Below, piece by piece: positions 28,919 through 39,211 of a stretch of 64,000 bases of DNA. Each line of letters starts with the position of its first letter. The first letter of the stretch is position 1. Under the pieces are notes generated by a model. That model made no database searches, was not told the origin of the DNA, and saw nothing but the letters and a program-made list of their open reading frames with translations. Source of the DNA: an uncultured virus (IMG/VR IMGVR_UViG_3300028840_005337) (taxonomy: Duplodnaviria > Heunggongvirae > Uroviricota > Caudoviricetes). The stretch lies in the IMG/VR virus record IMGVR_UViG_3300028840_005337, positions 1-64,000 of that record. The stretch is one strand, 5' to 3'. A program made the position numbers and the translations under genes.

Positions 28919-30889
28919 ATGTCCGAGAAGATCGTCCTCACACACGGCTGCGCCCCAGGCGACATCGTCTGCATGACGGCGCTGCCACGGGACATCCAGG
29001 CGGCATACCCCGGGAAGTACGAGATCCACGTGGCGACGCACGCCAAGACGCTGTGGAAGAACAACCCGCACGTCGCCGGGGTCTACAGCAAGCCGCAGCG
29101 TGGCCTGCGCCAGATCAAGATCGACTACGGCTGGGCCATCCGGCAGATCACTGCTAACAAGCTGCACTTCATCACGGCATTTCATCGTGACTTCTTCAGA
29201 CGCGAGAAGCTCCAAGTGCCCGTGCTCTATCCGAAGGGTGACCTGTACATCGACACGTGGAAGGAATCCAACCCGCCGATCCAGGGCCGGTACTGGGTTG
29301 TTATCGCGGGCGGAAAATCCGACTTCACGTGCAAGATCTGGTCGTCCCGCCGCTGGCAGATGGTCGTCGACCAGCTCGGCGAGCGGGGCATCACGGTTGT
29401 CCAGTGCGGTGCGACCCACAAAGGCCCGCCCCAGAACTGGCAGCCTGAACTGAGTAACGTAGTTAATCTAGTCGACCAAACCAACCTGAGGGAGATGTTA
29501 TGGCTAATCAAACACGCGGACGGCGTGATCTGCCACGTGACGTTTGCGGCGCACGTGGCCGCGGTGTTCGACAAACCATGCGTGGTGATCGCCGGGGGGC
29601 GGGAGCACTGGTGGTGGGAAGCCTATGTGAACGTCGCCGGAGTAAGACACTTCGGACCATATGCCCAGGATGTGGTGACACCTCACCGATTCCTACATAC
29701 CCAGGATCTGCTAGACTGTTGTAAGGGGCGGGGATGCTGGAAGAACAAGGTGACCAGGGCTGAGCCGGACAAGGGCCGGTCGTACTGCAAACTCCCGGTC
29801 GCCGACGGGTTCGGCCAGACGATCCCCAAGTGCCTTGAAATGATCACAGTTGACCATGTCGTAGAGGCTGTCATGACCTATTACGAAGACGGAACCCTGC
29901 CGCCCATCTCGCAGAACCCGCAGGAGAAGATCGTGCTGCCGACCGGCGACCCGCCACCGCAGCCCGTGGTTCCGAAGACCACGCTCGATCTGTTCGCCCC
30001 GATCGACGAGCTGATGGCGCAGGTGCAGCAGCCGACACCGCCGCCAGACGACATGCTGCACAACTTCGCAGTGATGAAAGGCGACAACCCGGAGAAGCCG
30101 ATCGTTGCCGACCCCTGGGACCACGAGTTCCTCGGGGGCCATGCGACGCTGTGCGTCCTCATGTACGGCGACTACCACGATATGCACAAGGCATGCCTCG
30201 ACAGCATCATCCGCACGACTGCGCCCGCGCGCGTGCAGATCCGAGTTGGGGGTAACGCCCTCTGCCCGGGCACACGGCACTACCTGGAGGCGCTGCATGC
30301 CAGCGGCGAGATCCACAAGCTCTACATCAATCCGACCAACGACAAGAAGTACCCGGTGATGCGCCGGATGTTCCACGATCGGGAGGACCCGATCACCGAC
30401 AAGTGGGTCCTCTGGTTCGACGATGACACGATCTGCAACCGGGACCCGAAGTGGTTCCACAAGCTGGGCCACAAGATCATCGCCGAGTACCCTCGGGGCG
30501 CGCGGATGTTTGGCGACCTGCTGTACTCGACGTTCAACCCCACCCAGATGGCCTGGATTGTCTCCCGCCCGTGGTACAAGGGCCGGAACTTCCAGATGAA
30601 GAACCGTCGGGAGGCGCCAAACGGCAACAAAGTCTTTTTCGCAAGCGGGGCCTTCTGGGCGTTGTCAACTGAGGTTATGTACGCCGCGGGCATCCCCGAC
30701 GAGCAGTTCGGCCACAACGGCGGGGACTACATGATCGGGGAGCAGGTGTGGCAGGCCGGGTACCATACGGCCGACTGGAACAAGGGAAAACGGTTCGTCC
30801 ACTCGTCTTCCGTCGGGCGGCGGGGGCTGGATGAGGTCCATACGGGGATGCCGGGCTGGGTGCCAGGCGGGGTATCCAAAAGACGCTGA
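28919..30889 (+). CDS. Fused glycosyltransferase: GT9 (heptosyltransferase-like) N-terminal plus GT-A/GT2-like C-terminal
   Basis: APGDIVCMTA, VNLVDQTNLREMLWLIKHADGVI, HVAAVFDKP (GT9-like); WVLWFDDDT and HNGGD (GT-A DxD). Confidence 0.75.
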   Translation: MSEKIVLTHGCAPGDIVCMTALPRDIQAAYPGKYEIHVATHAKTLWKNNPHVAGVYSKPQRGLRQIKIDYGWAIRQITANKLHFITAFHRDFFRREKLQVPVLYPKGDLYIDTWKESNPPIQGRYWVVIAGGKSDFTCKIWSSRRWQMVVDQLGERGITVVQCGATHKGPPQNWQPELSNVVNLVDQTNLREMLWLIKHADGVICHVTFAAHVAAVFDKPCVVIAGGREHWWWEAYVNVAGVRHFGPYAQDVVTPHRFLHTQDLLDCCKGRGCWKNKVTRAEPDKGRSYCKLPVADGFGQTIPKCLEMITVDHVVEAVMTYYEDGTLPPISQNPQEKIVLPTGDPPPQPVVPKTTLDLFAPIDELMAQVQQPTPPPDDMLHNFAVMKGDNPEKPIVADPWDHEFLGGHATLCVLMYGDYHDMHKACLDSIIRTTAPARVQIRVGGNALCPGTRHYLEALHASGEIHKLYINPTNDKKYPVMRRMFHDREDPITDKWVLWFDDDTICNRDPKWFHKLGHKIIAEYPRGARMFGDLLYSTFNPTQMAWIVSRPWYKGRNFQMKNRREAPNGNKVFFASGAFWALSTEVMYAAGIPDEQFGHNGGDYMIGEQVWQAGYHTADWNKGKRFVHSSSVGRRGLDEVHTGMPGWVPGGVSKRR

Positions 30890-30940
30890 TAGTGCGTATA
30901 ATACCGAGATCGTGCACGAAGCCCAGCAAGGAGGCTAGGA

Positions 30941-31363
30941 ATGTCCAGCTCACTCGGTCCCGAGGTATCAATAACTCTTACCCCGTACTTTGAGGCGGAC
31001 TACGTGATCAACGGGAATGTTGGTTTCCGTCTCAGAATTGAGGCCTCGGCCGGCGAGGGGATCGATGACGAGATCTTTCGCTACTTTCGGAAGCCTATCA
31101 ACCAGGTCACGGGGGTGTCCGACAGCGTCCTATCCGGCGTTTGCTCGTGGCCCGACCTCCTCGAGCTTCCTATCACCGAGCCAGAGCCGGACACTAGTCC
31201 TCCGGGCTTTCGCTTGAGCTACATGGATGTCGTGGTCGACAGCGAGTCGATGGCCACCGACATCTGGGAGCTCATTCAGACACAGGTCCAGGAGCTCGTC
31301 CAAACGGTGAAGGACGGAGAGAACCTGGAGGCACAACCGCCGGTCACGATCATATCGAGCTAG
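30941..31363 (+). CDS. Hypothetical protein
   Basis: AAGGAGG upstream; preceded by TATAAT at about 30897. Confidence 0.55.
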   Translation: MSSSLGPEVSITLTPYFEADYVINGNVGFRLRIEASAGEGIDDEIFRYFRKPINQVTGVSDSVLSGVCSWPDLLELPITEPEPDTSPPGFRLSYMDVVVDSESMATDIWELIQTQVQELVQTVKDGENLEAQPPVTIISS

Positions 31364-31365
31364 TC

Positions 31366-31707
31366 ATGGGCGCACCGCTTCTGCTGTCACCGCAGATGAT
31401 CGACAAGGCTATTGCCTCTGAGGCGTACCACGAGTTCGTGTTCTTCAAAGATCCGCCTCACGAGAAGCCGTATGTCATACCGCAGTCGAAGGCGGTCGGC
31501 TGTGGCCGCCCTCGTTGTAGCAAACTGGCCAAGAAGCAGGCCCAGAAAGCCGCGACCAGCCCGGTCGTCGACTACAACGAGATCAAGCGGTGCATCATGA
31601 GCCTTACCTTCGATCAGCAGCAGCGACTCAAGGAGTTGTTTAGCTGCACCTCTCTAAAGCTCCACTACCGCGATCGCCGCAACGCCATGCAGCGACGGGT
31701 TATCTGA
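31366..31707 (+). CDS. Hypothetical basic protein
   Basis: ORF in operon. Confidence 0.5.
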   Translation: MGAPLLLSPQMIDKAIASEAYHEFVFFKDPPHEKPYVIPQSKAVGCGRPRCSKLAKKQAQKAATSPVVDYNEIKRCIMSLTFDQQQRLKELFSCTSLKLHYRDRRNAMQRRVI

Positions 31708-31717
31708 GCTGAATAAC

Positions 31718-31744
31718 CGACATATTCAGGGCATTATTACATAG
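31718..31744 (+). promoter_or_regulatory. Candidate phage promoter motif, copy 1
   Basis: CGACATA-N4-GGGCATTAT in an intergenic region; second copy at 33143. Confidence 0.4.
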
Positions 31745-31837
31745 AGCCCCTTTACCGGTGCCTAGAGGCGGTTTGGAGCTGCCGTTCTCGCCATCGTCGG
31801 TGTTTCAAGCTCTCATCCCCCCCCAAGGAGGACGGAG

Positions 31838-32152
31838 ATGCATGGGGAAAGGATACTCAGCTGCGATGGTGCAATACGCAAGTGCTGGCGTAAGGTCGAC
31901 CATCACAAGCTGATGATCTATGAGTTCATGGAAGAGCTCGGACAGTGTTGTATGTGCGCAACGCTGAATGAACTGTCGCTGTGGCCGGGGCACCCAGACC
32001 TCGGTGACAAGCGTGTCCAAGAACGGGTCAAGCGCCTGTTCCTGCATCACTTCAACACGGGGCGGCAACCTCGCTGCCCCTATCCCGCTACGAAGGAGGG
32101 CGAGATATGTCTGAAGCTGTCGAGACGGCGACCCAAACGGATGACGCCGTAG
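31838..32152 (+). CDS. Hypothetical Cys/His-rich protein
   Basis: AAGGAGG RBS. Confidence 0.55.
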   Translation: MHGERILSCDGAIRKCWRKVDHHKLMIYEFMEELGQCCMCATLNELSLWPGHPDLGDKRVQERVKRLFLHHFNTGRQPRCPYPATKEGEICLKLSRRRPKRMTP

Positions 32153-32334
32153 AGGCTCCCCCTGAGGAGCTTCAGGAATGTGTCGGCTGCGGTACCAAGC
32201 TACCGGCCGAGAAGATGCACCAATCGATGGGATTTGTGCACGTCTGCAGCGCTGGCTGTGAAGCAGCGTGGCTGCAAGACGACCCCCTGGGAAGCAGGAA
32301 CTTCCTGCACGGTACCATTCCCGAGGACTACTAG
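32107..32334 (+). CDS. Small Zn-finger-like protein
   Basis: AAGGAGG RBS; CxxC...CxxxC. Confidence 0.5.
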   Translation: MSEAVETATQTDDAVEAPPEELQECVGCGTKLPAEKMHQSMGFVHVCSAGCEAAWLQDDPLGSRNFLHGTIPEDY

Positions 32335-32405
32335 TCGGTTTCAACTCACCCCGGAGCACCTGGTGCGGGGCAGCGCCAGGTGCTCCCCTTTCGAAAGGAT
32401 GTACG

Positions 32406-33032
32406 ATGCGTTTTATGGTTACTACAATCGCGATGCTGTTGCTGAGTTCGCTGTGCTGCGGGGCCGAGCTGACGGAGAAGGAGCAGGATTTTCTCAAATC
32501 GATCCATTGGCCCGGGCAGGTCAATGATGTCGGGACGATCATCCCGACGATCGATCAGAAGCCACAGAAGTGGATGCGCATGCCCACCATGAGTTCGAAG
32601 CGTGGCTTGCGTGTTTTTGCGCAGTCGGCGGAGGGAAAGGCGGTTCTGCGCGATCTGGCGCAGATCTACACGCCGGACGCGTGTCCGAGCGAGATTTCCC
32701 AGGCCGACTGGGCTGATATGCGCCGGATGCTGCTTCTGTTGGCGGCAGACGGCGGTCAGGACGAGGAGCTCCCGGAGTTGGTGGCGATTGTGCTGCTGAA
32801 TCCGGACGGTCCAGCATACCTGGCTGACAACGTGATGCACCCTGCCGTGCGGGTTCTGGGTCCGCGCATGATGCAGGCAACGGAAACCAGGCTGGTCGAA
32901 GGTAAGGAAGTGGACAAGCAACGCATCTTCAGCGTGCTTCAGCACAACCACTGCCCTGTCGACGACATCGAGATCAAACTTTACGTCGGAAAGATCACTC
33001 GGATCTGTAAAAAGTTTGGCATCTCGCTCTGA
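32406..33032 (+). CDS. Secreted/periplasmic hypothetical protein
   Basis: N-terminal signal peptide MRFMVTTIAMLLLSSLCCGA; AAGGA RBS. Confidence 0.55.
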   Translation: MRFMVTTIAMLLLSSLCCGAELTEKEQDFLKSIHWPGQVNDVGTIIPTIDQKPQKWMRMPTMSSKRGLRVFAQSAEGKAVLRDLAQIYTPDACPSEISQADWADMRRMLLLLAADGGQDEELPELVAIVLLNPDGPAYLADNVMHPAVRVLGPRMMQATETRLVEGKEVDKQRIFSVLQHNHCPVDDIEIKLYVGKITRICKKFGISL

Positions 33033-33142
33033 TACAACCGACGAATGGCCCCCTGCTGCCCTCCGCGAATGCGGAGGGCCAGGGGTGCCACCATTTTTAG
33101 CTACCAAAACTCGTCGAAAACGGGCGCTGGGCCTGTCAAAAA

Positions 33143-33171
33143 CGACATAATACCCGGGCATTATATAGTAG
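33143..33171 (+). promoter_or_regulatory. Candidate phage promoter motif, copy 2
   Basis: CGACATA-N6-GGGCATTAT in an AT-rich intergenic region. Confidence 0.4.
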
Positions 33172-33235
33172 AACAGGTTAGACAACGCTCATGGCTTCGC
33201 CGAGAGTGGAAGCATTAAAGCTTCGCGTCTACCAG

Positions 33236-33269
33236 CCGCGGCGACTGGCAACGTCCGCCGCGGTTTTTT
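33236..33269 (+). terminator. Intrinsic terminator
   Basis: CCGCGGCG...CGCCGCGG stem followed by TTTTTT. Confidence 0.6.
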
Positions 33270-33298
33270 AGGTACACAATCCGGCCCATCCGGTTGTG

Positions 33299-33409
33299 TG
33301 AGTTGCCCCAGGACGAATGAAGTCGGACGGACCGGAGACGGTCTTACTCTCCGTTAGTCGGCCCCTGATGCCGGCATGGCTTAGACCAGATTGGAGCTGG
33401 GGCAACTCA
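33299..33409 (+). ncRNA. Candidate structured RNA
   Basis: Perfect 13-bp closing stem TGAGTTGCCCCAG/CTGGGGCAACTCA with internal hairpins. Confidence 0.4.
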
Positions 33410-33473
33410 ATATTTCAGGGAGCTGCGAAAGCAGCTTGGTTTTCCAACTTATCCTTACCGTGGAGGCACAGCC

Positions 33474-34445
33474 ATGAGGTTTGGGAAGTGGATCATTCCA
33501 GCAATTATCGGTGTTGCTGGAGCGATTATCGTGACGCTTGACGTCTACTGCACCGATGCAGCGTTTCGTGGGCTCGGCCTTGCCTTTCTGGCCACCGTGG
33601 GTGCCGTAGGCGCTTTCATCTGGCAGCATCTGCTGGAGCGCCATCGGGAGAAACAACAAAAGTTGCGCGTCTTGGCCACCAAGAGTCGAGTGCACAACAG
33701 AGTTTCGACCACACTCACCGCCGCGTTGCGTGATTACGCAACCGACAAAGGCACGAAAGACATCCAGGACATGGCGGAGATCGAGATCGAACTCATGTCC
33801 AAGATCGCCGATCCCAACAACCCTCCACCTGTCACCTTGTTGCGGCAGTTGGAGTACATGCTGGCCTACGTGGAGGATTTCATCACCCACGGACTGGCCG
33901 GTGTGCTGGCGTCTGAGACGCCAGAAAAGCGACCTCTTCTCTATTCGGAACTCCTTTCCGAAACCCGCGAACAGCGATCGCGGATCGGTAAGTTGGAGAC
34001 GGGCAAAGATGAGCTCGAGAGACAGCTATTCGAAGCGGCGGCGGAGCTCAAGAAGCTCCCGACCCTCACTGAAGGGCTCGCCACTGCGTCAGCTGCGCTC
34101 GCCGAGACCAGGAAGTCCCTCCAAAGTACCGAGACTAAGATTGCGAAAGTCGCGGACCGGGCAGCCAAAAGCCCGGAACCCCCTGCGGCATCCCCGCCGC
34201 AAGAACCTGAGAAGCCCCCCACATCTTCTCATAACGATCCTCTACGTTGCAAATGGTGCGGTCGGCACTCGAAGGCTAAGAAAAACTCATGCGGTGAGTT
34301 GAAGCCACTCGGGCGCGACCTAATACTATCTCCAACGGAGAGCATCCCGAATCCGGATCTCTGCGCCAGGTGCACAAAGCTTGCGCTGGCAGGAAATACG
34401 GACACCCCCACGCCGGAGCCAAAGGAAACTCCGGTACCCACCTAA
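33474..34445 (+). CDS. Membrane protein with coiled coil and C-terminal Cys motifs
   Basis: GGAGG RBS; two N-terminal hydrophobic helices. Confidence 0.6.
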   Translation: MRFGKWIIPAIIGVAGAIIVTLDVYCTDAAFRGLGLAFLATVGAVGAFIWQHLLERHREKQQKLRVLATKSRVHNRVSTTLTAALRDYATDKGTKDIQDMAEIEIELMSKIADPNNPPPVTLLRQLEYMLAYVEDFITHGLAGVLASETPEKRPLLYSELLSETREQRSRIGKLETGKDELERQLFEAAAELKKLPTLTEGLATASAALAETRKSLQSTETKIAKVADRAAKSPEPPAASPPQEPEKPPTSSHNDPLRCKWCGRHSKAKKNSCGELKPLGRDLILSPTESIPNPDLCARCTKLALAGNTDTPTPEPKETPVPT

Positions 34446-34659
34446 CGGCCTGATCGTACATAGACCTGCGGACTTTATAGTCGGGGACTATGGACAGGAC
34501 GTCACCAAAACCTGTTCCACTTGTTCCCGCTATAAAGTTCGTAAGTTTATGTAAGATCTGGCCGGGCATTGGCCCGACCTTTCTTTAGCTATCCGGATTT
34601 GGTAGCATAATACCAGCAGTCCGGAGGTCGGATTGCACCGGAAACGCTGGAGAAATAGG

Positions 34660-34950
34660 ATGATCGTCGTCAACGAACGAGAATCGGGACCCGTCCGCGG
34701 GGTGGGTATGGACAAGCTCAAGGTCGTCATCGATGGCCAGGACCGGGGCGAGGTGGAGCATCAACGCTGCAAGGAGCTGGCACGGGAGGAAGCATCCCGG
34801 CGTGGCTTCTCGGGCGGCGGGATGACGGACAACCCAATCGTAGGGCCGGTCGGTACGGATGGCGAAATGCTTGACGGTGCCGACGCCCTGGACCCAAACG
34901 CGCAAGTCGTTGGCTTCCGCGCAGAGTTCCTTTTCGCACAGAGAGCATGA
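34660..34950 (+). CDS. Hypothetical protein
   Basis: GGAG upstream of ATG 34660. Confidence 0.5.
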   Translation: MIVVNERESGPVRGVGMDKLKVVIDGQDRGEVEHQRCKELAREEASRRGFSGGGMTDNPIVGPVGTDGEMLDGADALDPNAQVVGFRAEFLFAQRA

Positions 34951-35606
34951 TCGAGTTACGAGTCGGCCAGGTCATGGGGCAGAACCGGCTGTTTCATCAG
35001 AAGCGGCTGCTTGTGTCCACGATCCTGAATGCCGTGCGATTGTTTGAAGAAGACATGCCGCCCTACCTGGGACTCGACCCGTCGTGGACGATCCCGTTTG
35101 AGCAGGCATGCGTAGTCTGGACAGCGGGACACATCATCCCGAGGGGGATCATCAACCAGGACATGATGATCTCCCTGTTGCAGCAGCGTGGCGACGCGCT
35201 GCTGGCGATCGGTCGAGAGTACGGTAAGATGCTAGACACTGATCCGAACATCCCGTATCTGGCCCCGCGCTTTCTATCGCTGGCCGATCGGCGTTGGTTC
35301 AGTATCAGTGGACTGGATACGCACTTCACGTTGCAACACGGTGACGTGACCGAGCAGATGCCACCGACGTTTGAGGGCATATCATATGACCTCGGCCAAC
35401 CGACGCTGATGGAATGGCGCCGGATAGTTATGGAGAACCAGGAACATGGCCCTCTCGCAGCAGATGAAGCAGATCCTTCTCGACCCGGAGACATCAGCGA
35501 CGGTCCTGTTGATCGCCGCGAGCGACCTGCTCGGCCCGGAGTGGCTGAACTGGGACCCGATGACGATCCGGATGGAGATGCAGGAGGAGTTGGGATCCCC
35601 GCTTAA
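34947..35606 (+). CDS. Hypothetical protein
   Basis: ATGA coupling; 3' end overlaps the next gene by about 160 nt. Confidence 0.5.
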   Translation: MIELRVGQVMGQNRLFHQKRLLVSTILNAVRLFEEDMPPYLGLDPSWTIPFEQACVVWTAGHIIPRGIINQDMMISLLQQRGDALLAIGREYGKMLDTDPNIPYLAPRFLSLADRRWFSISGLDTHFTLQHGDVTEQMPPTFEGISYDLGQPTLMEWRRIVMENQEHGPLAADEADPSRPGDISDGPVDRRERPARPGVAELGPDDDPDGDAGGVGIPA

Positions 35607-36159
35607 GGAGCCTTCTTTCAACAAGCTCCTGGCAGCGAGGGAACTCGTAACGACCGATGGGTTTTACACTAACCTTCCGGACTTCATCCGACTCTGCAAC
35701 GCCCTCTACAACGGTAGCGTCAGTCCGCATGCGTTTGACCCCGCAGACGCAGGGGAAATTGCGTGGGCTATTACTGAATCTCTCCTTATCTGGCCACCCG
35801 ATCCGAATGAAGAAGAACCATTCACTGATCAGATACTTGAGTACATCGGTAAGACGCTAGATGAAGAGGGCATTATGACTCCTCCCGACGTCTTGCGGCT
35901 CGGCATCTTGAACGAGCAGACGTGGGAGAAGGTGCAGGCGACCTACTCAGACGATCCGTCGATGTTCAACGCGATCTACGACAAAGAGCGTGAGAAGACC
36001 GACGAGATCAACGCCGTGGTGAAAGCCCGGCTGCGGCGCCTGCTGGAGACGCTGGACGCCCTGCCGTTGCGAGACGGCGACGCCACCGACTCCGTTAAGC
36101 GTATGCTTGGGGCAATTCAATCCAAAGAAGAAGAGGGCAGCAAACTCAAACCGATTTGA
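35446..36159 (+). CDS. Hypothetical protein
   Basis: 237-aa globular-looking ORF; GGAG/AGGA upstream. Confidence 0.6.
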   Translation: MALSQQMKQILLDPETSATVLLIAASDLLGPEWLNWDPMTIRMEMQEELGSPLKEPSFNKLLAARELVTTDGFYTNLPDFIRLCNALYNGSVSPHAFDPADAGEIAWAITESLLIWPPDPNEEEPFTDQILEYIGKTLDEEGIMTPPDVLRLGILNEQTWEKVQATYSDDPSMFNAIYDKEREKTDEINAVVKARLRRLLETLDALPLRDGDATDSVKRMLGAIQSKEEEGSKLKPI

Positions 36160-36185
36160 GTCTTGGCTGTCCGTCGGAGGACAGC

Positions 36186-37508
36186 ATGCCCAGAATGCCC
36201 GAAACGTCTGATAGTGACTACACGGCTATCACACCAGACCTACGTGAACGGCGGCAAAGGCGCGGGCGCCGAACCGCCGAGACCATCGACCAGGAGCGGC
36301 TGCGGTCCATTGGTAACGACCGCAGCTGGATTCGCAACGAGGCCTGGCGCGCACCGACTCCAGTAGTCTTCAACGCCAACTACTCGTTCGTTCGCGTGCT
36401 GTCGCACGTAACGCACACCGCTACATCTATGTCGGACTACGGTGGACGATACGTTTCGGCGAGGAGTAGCGACGGCAACTACGAGTGGGATGCCACCGTA
36501 GGAGACGTCATCCTGGCGTGCTATCATCATCGACGCATGGCCGAGGAGATGCGACTGTATGTTGCGCTGCCGGATTCGTTGACATACCACGTCAATACCG
36601 GCAAGATCATGCGCGAGACTGGTTGGCATCGCCTGATGCGTCCGATCGCGCGCAGCTGGCTCGCCATGCTACCCATCCACCGAATCGTCCGTGCCTGCAT
36701 TGAAGGGACAACCGAGATTGATGCCGCGGTCGCGCTATCGTCCGACATGTCACGTGACGACACGGCAGCGCTACGCAACGCACGTGCACATTTGCAGGAA
36801 ATCCTCGCAGAAGCACTGCGTGCACCGGAGGACAGCTTCGAACGACTGATTCAGATGCAGTTCGAGGACCTTCGGCACCGGCTGATGTACATGACGGGTC
36901 AGAACCGGGAGTTCATCATGTCGGCGCTCCAGAGTCACTACAATCGCGATTTTCCGTCGCGCTCACGCGCCATGGATGACATCCGCGATATGCTGCGCAA
37001 CTGCGAGATCGACGGGGTTGCCGGCAACCTGACGCGTCGTGTACGCCACGACGCCAACGACTGCCGCGCGCTGGTACTGATGCTCGAGGGCTGCCTCGGG
37101 GTCGTCCAGGCGGAGCACCGTCGCCAGGCGTGGGTTGAGGACATCATCACGCGACTCGACGGGTGGCCCCACACCACCGGAGGCGTGAACAACCTAGTGG
37201 CCGATATGGATCTGTACGACGTGCTCGACGCAGCCAACGGCCTAATACAAAGCGAGGAATTCGTAGCTATCTCGCGAGACGGCACGCTACAACGCCAAGA
37301 AAACCCGGATGTGGATGAAGCACTTGGCGCTGTCAGACGTGTACTCGCCGATCGCTACGGTCTCGACCGCAGCAGGAGTCAGATCCGTGCTGCATTGCAA
37401 GACGTCTTCGACGAACGCGGAGGAGACGCAGAGGAACCGCAAGGTCCTGTTACAAGTGAAAGACGTCCAAGAGGAGTACGTTTAGACAGGAGAGATGATG
37501 GCGACTAA
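36186..37508 (+). CDS. Hypothetical protein ending in shared motif ERRPRGVRLDR
   Basis: GGAGG RBS. Confidence 0.6.
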   Translation: MPRMPETSDSDYTAITPDLRERRQRRGRRTAETIDQERLRSIGNDRSWIRNEAWRAPTPVVFNANYSFVRVLSHVTHTATSMSDYGGRYVSARSSDGNYEWDATVGDVILACYHHRRMAEEMRLYVALPDSLTYHVNTGKIMRETGWHRLMRPIARSWLAMLPIHRIVRACIEGTTEIDAAVALSSDMSRDDTAALRNARAHLQEILAEALRAPEDSFERLIQMQFEDLRHRLMYMTGQNREFIMSALQSHYNRDFPSRSRAMDDIRDMLRNCEIDGVAGNLTRRVRHDANDCRALVLMLEGCLGVVQAEHRRQAWVEDIITRLDGWPHTTGGVNNLVADMDLYDVLDAANGLIQSEEFVAISRDGTLQRQENPDVDEALGAVRRVLADRYGLDRSRSQIRAALQDVFDERGGDAEEPQGPVTSERRPRGVRLDRRDDGD

Positions 37509-39201
37509 ATTCGCTCAGTCCTTCATGTCGAAGATCGACTCTGGATCGTCTGTCATTTGGGTGTACTTGTCTGGCGACGAGGGCCGCGCAGAGCGAGCCC
37601 TGAAAGAGATCGCTGCCGAGTATACCAGGCAGACGCCTGTTGATCTGCGATGGTACAGCTGGAACTGTGTGACGGGAGCCAGCTGGAATACGAAGTGTAT
37701 CGACCCGTTACAAGCATTGCAGGAGGCTGCTTCCCAGAAGCTGCCAGGGGACGGCCTGATTCTCATGAAGGATCTTGGCTCGTATCTCAACGGCCAGGGG
37801 CAGAAGAACCTGCAACTACGAAGAGCGCTCATGGAGATTTGCATCGACAACGCGCTCAGCAACGACAAGAGAACGCGACCTATCGTCACACTGGCCAACA
37901 CGCCAGTCCCTCACGCCGATATTGCGGAGTACTGCGACGTCATCGACTTCGAGCTCCCGCGATACGACGAGATGAAGAAAGACGTGTTCGACTTCATCGT
38001 TGGCTCCGCCGCACGGAGCAATAAAGGTAAGAAGAAGACAACTGTGGATGCAGAGCTGGAAGAAAAGATCATCCGCTCGATGCTCGGAACGACCTCCGAA
38101 GAAGCACAGCGCATCTTTGCGTACGCGTGTGCTGTGAGTGGGGGCGTCAACGAGCAGTGTCTGGACATCATCGCCGCCGAAAAGGCGAAGGTGATCCGGA
38201 AGGTGGAGGGTCTGCGCTTCATTCCGCACGAGAAGATCCCGAACGCCGATCAGATCGGTGGCTTCAAGACCTTCTTGTCGTGGCTGCGTAAGCGCGCTCG
38301 TGCCTACACCCAGCACGCCCAAACTGTCGGGCTGGAGCTCCCACGGGGCTCGGTCCTGATCGGGCCTGCGGGTACGGGCAAGACACTGGTGGCGAAAGCC
38401 GCGGCCAAGATGCTTGGGCTGGACCTGGTGCTGATGGACATCGGCAGCATGTTCGACAAGTATGTCGGCGGATCGGAAGCGAAGATCCGTTCTGCCCTCC
38501 AAATGGTCGCAGCCATGCCGAACGCCCTGCTCATGATCGACGAGATCGACAAGGCTTTCGGCGGCGCCCACGAGAACCAGGCTGCGGACAGCGGCGTGGC
38601 GTCTCGGGTGTTGAGCTACTTCCTCAACTGGCTGAGCGAGCGGGACATGGCGTCCGATTCTGACGCCCGTACGTTCGTCATGGTCACGATGAACCGAACG
38701 GCTGGGGTTCCCGATGAACTCCTGCGTGCCGGACGATTCGATCGGGTGTGGTCCACGGACCTGCCGGACCAAGACGAGCGGCTCGAGATCCTCAGCATCC
38801 ACCTGGACCGGCGCAACTGCGACTCGGCCCACTACGGAAAGTCACTGCGTACAGTGGTGACCGGCACCGACCAATACACCGGCGCAGAGCTGGAAGAGAT
38901 CGTGATCAGCGCTCGCAATGACGCCTACGACGACCGTATGTCGAAGTGGGAGGACGCGGGCAAGAAGGGCGACCCGCCCGACGCTGAAGCGATCCGTCCG
39001 ACTGCCGAAGAGCTTCTTGCCGCTGCGAGAGAAATCACGCCGGTAGCGAAGATCAACGCAGATGCTGTCGCCGCTATCAGAAAATTCTGCCAGGAGAACA
39101 CCTACCCGGTCAACGGGGAACGCGTTCACAATACTGGCCGCAAGTCGCGGAAGGTCTCCACCGAGAGAGCCGCCACGGCTGCAGACCCCTCCTCCAACTA
39201 G
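37495..39201 (+). CDS. AAA+ ATPase, Ycf46-like
   Basis: Walker A GPAGTGKT, Walker B LLMIDEIDK, arginine finger ELLRAGRFD; degenerate N-terminal AAA domain. Confidence 0.9.
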   Translation: MMATKFAQSFMSKIDSGSSVIWVYLSGDEGRAERALKEIAAEYTRQTPVDLRWYSWNCVTGASWNTKCIDPLQALQEAASQKLPGDGLILMKDLGSYLNGQGQKNLQLRRALMEICIDNALSNDKRTRPIVTLANTPVPHADIAEYCDVIDFELPRYDEMKKDVFDFIVGSAARSNKGKKKTTVDAELEEKIIRSMLGTTSEEAQRIFAYACAVSGGVNEQCLDIIAAEKAKVIRKVEGLRFIPHEKIPNADQIGGFKTFLSWLRKRARAYTQHAQTVGLELPRGSVLIGPAGTGKTLVAKAAAKMLGLDLVLMDIGSMFDKYVGGSEAKIRSALQMVAAMPNALLMIDEIDKAFGGAHENQAADSGVASRVLSYFLNWLSERDMASDSDARTFVMVTMNRTAGVPDELLRAGRFDRVWSTDLPDQDERLEILSIHLDRRNCDSAHYGKSLRTVVTGTDQYTGAELEEIVISARNDAYDDRMSKWEDAGKKGDPPDAEAIRPTAEELLAAAREITPVAKINADAVAAIRKFCQENTYPVNGERVHNTGRKSRKVSTERAATAADPSSN

Positions 39202-39211
39202 GAGATTTGCA

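Noticed and set aside
33365..33372. Hammerhead ribozyme core
   Set aside because: CTGATG is not followed by A, and no matching GAAA core segment is present
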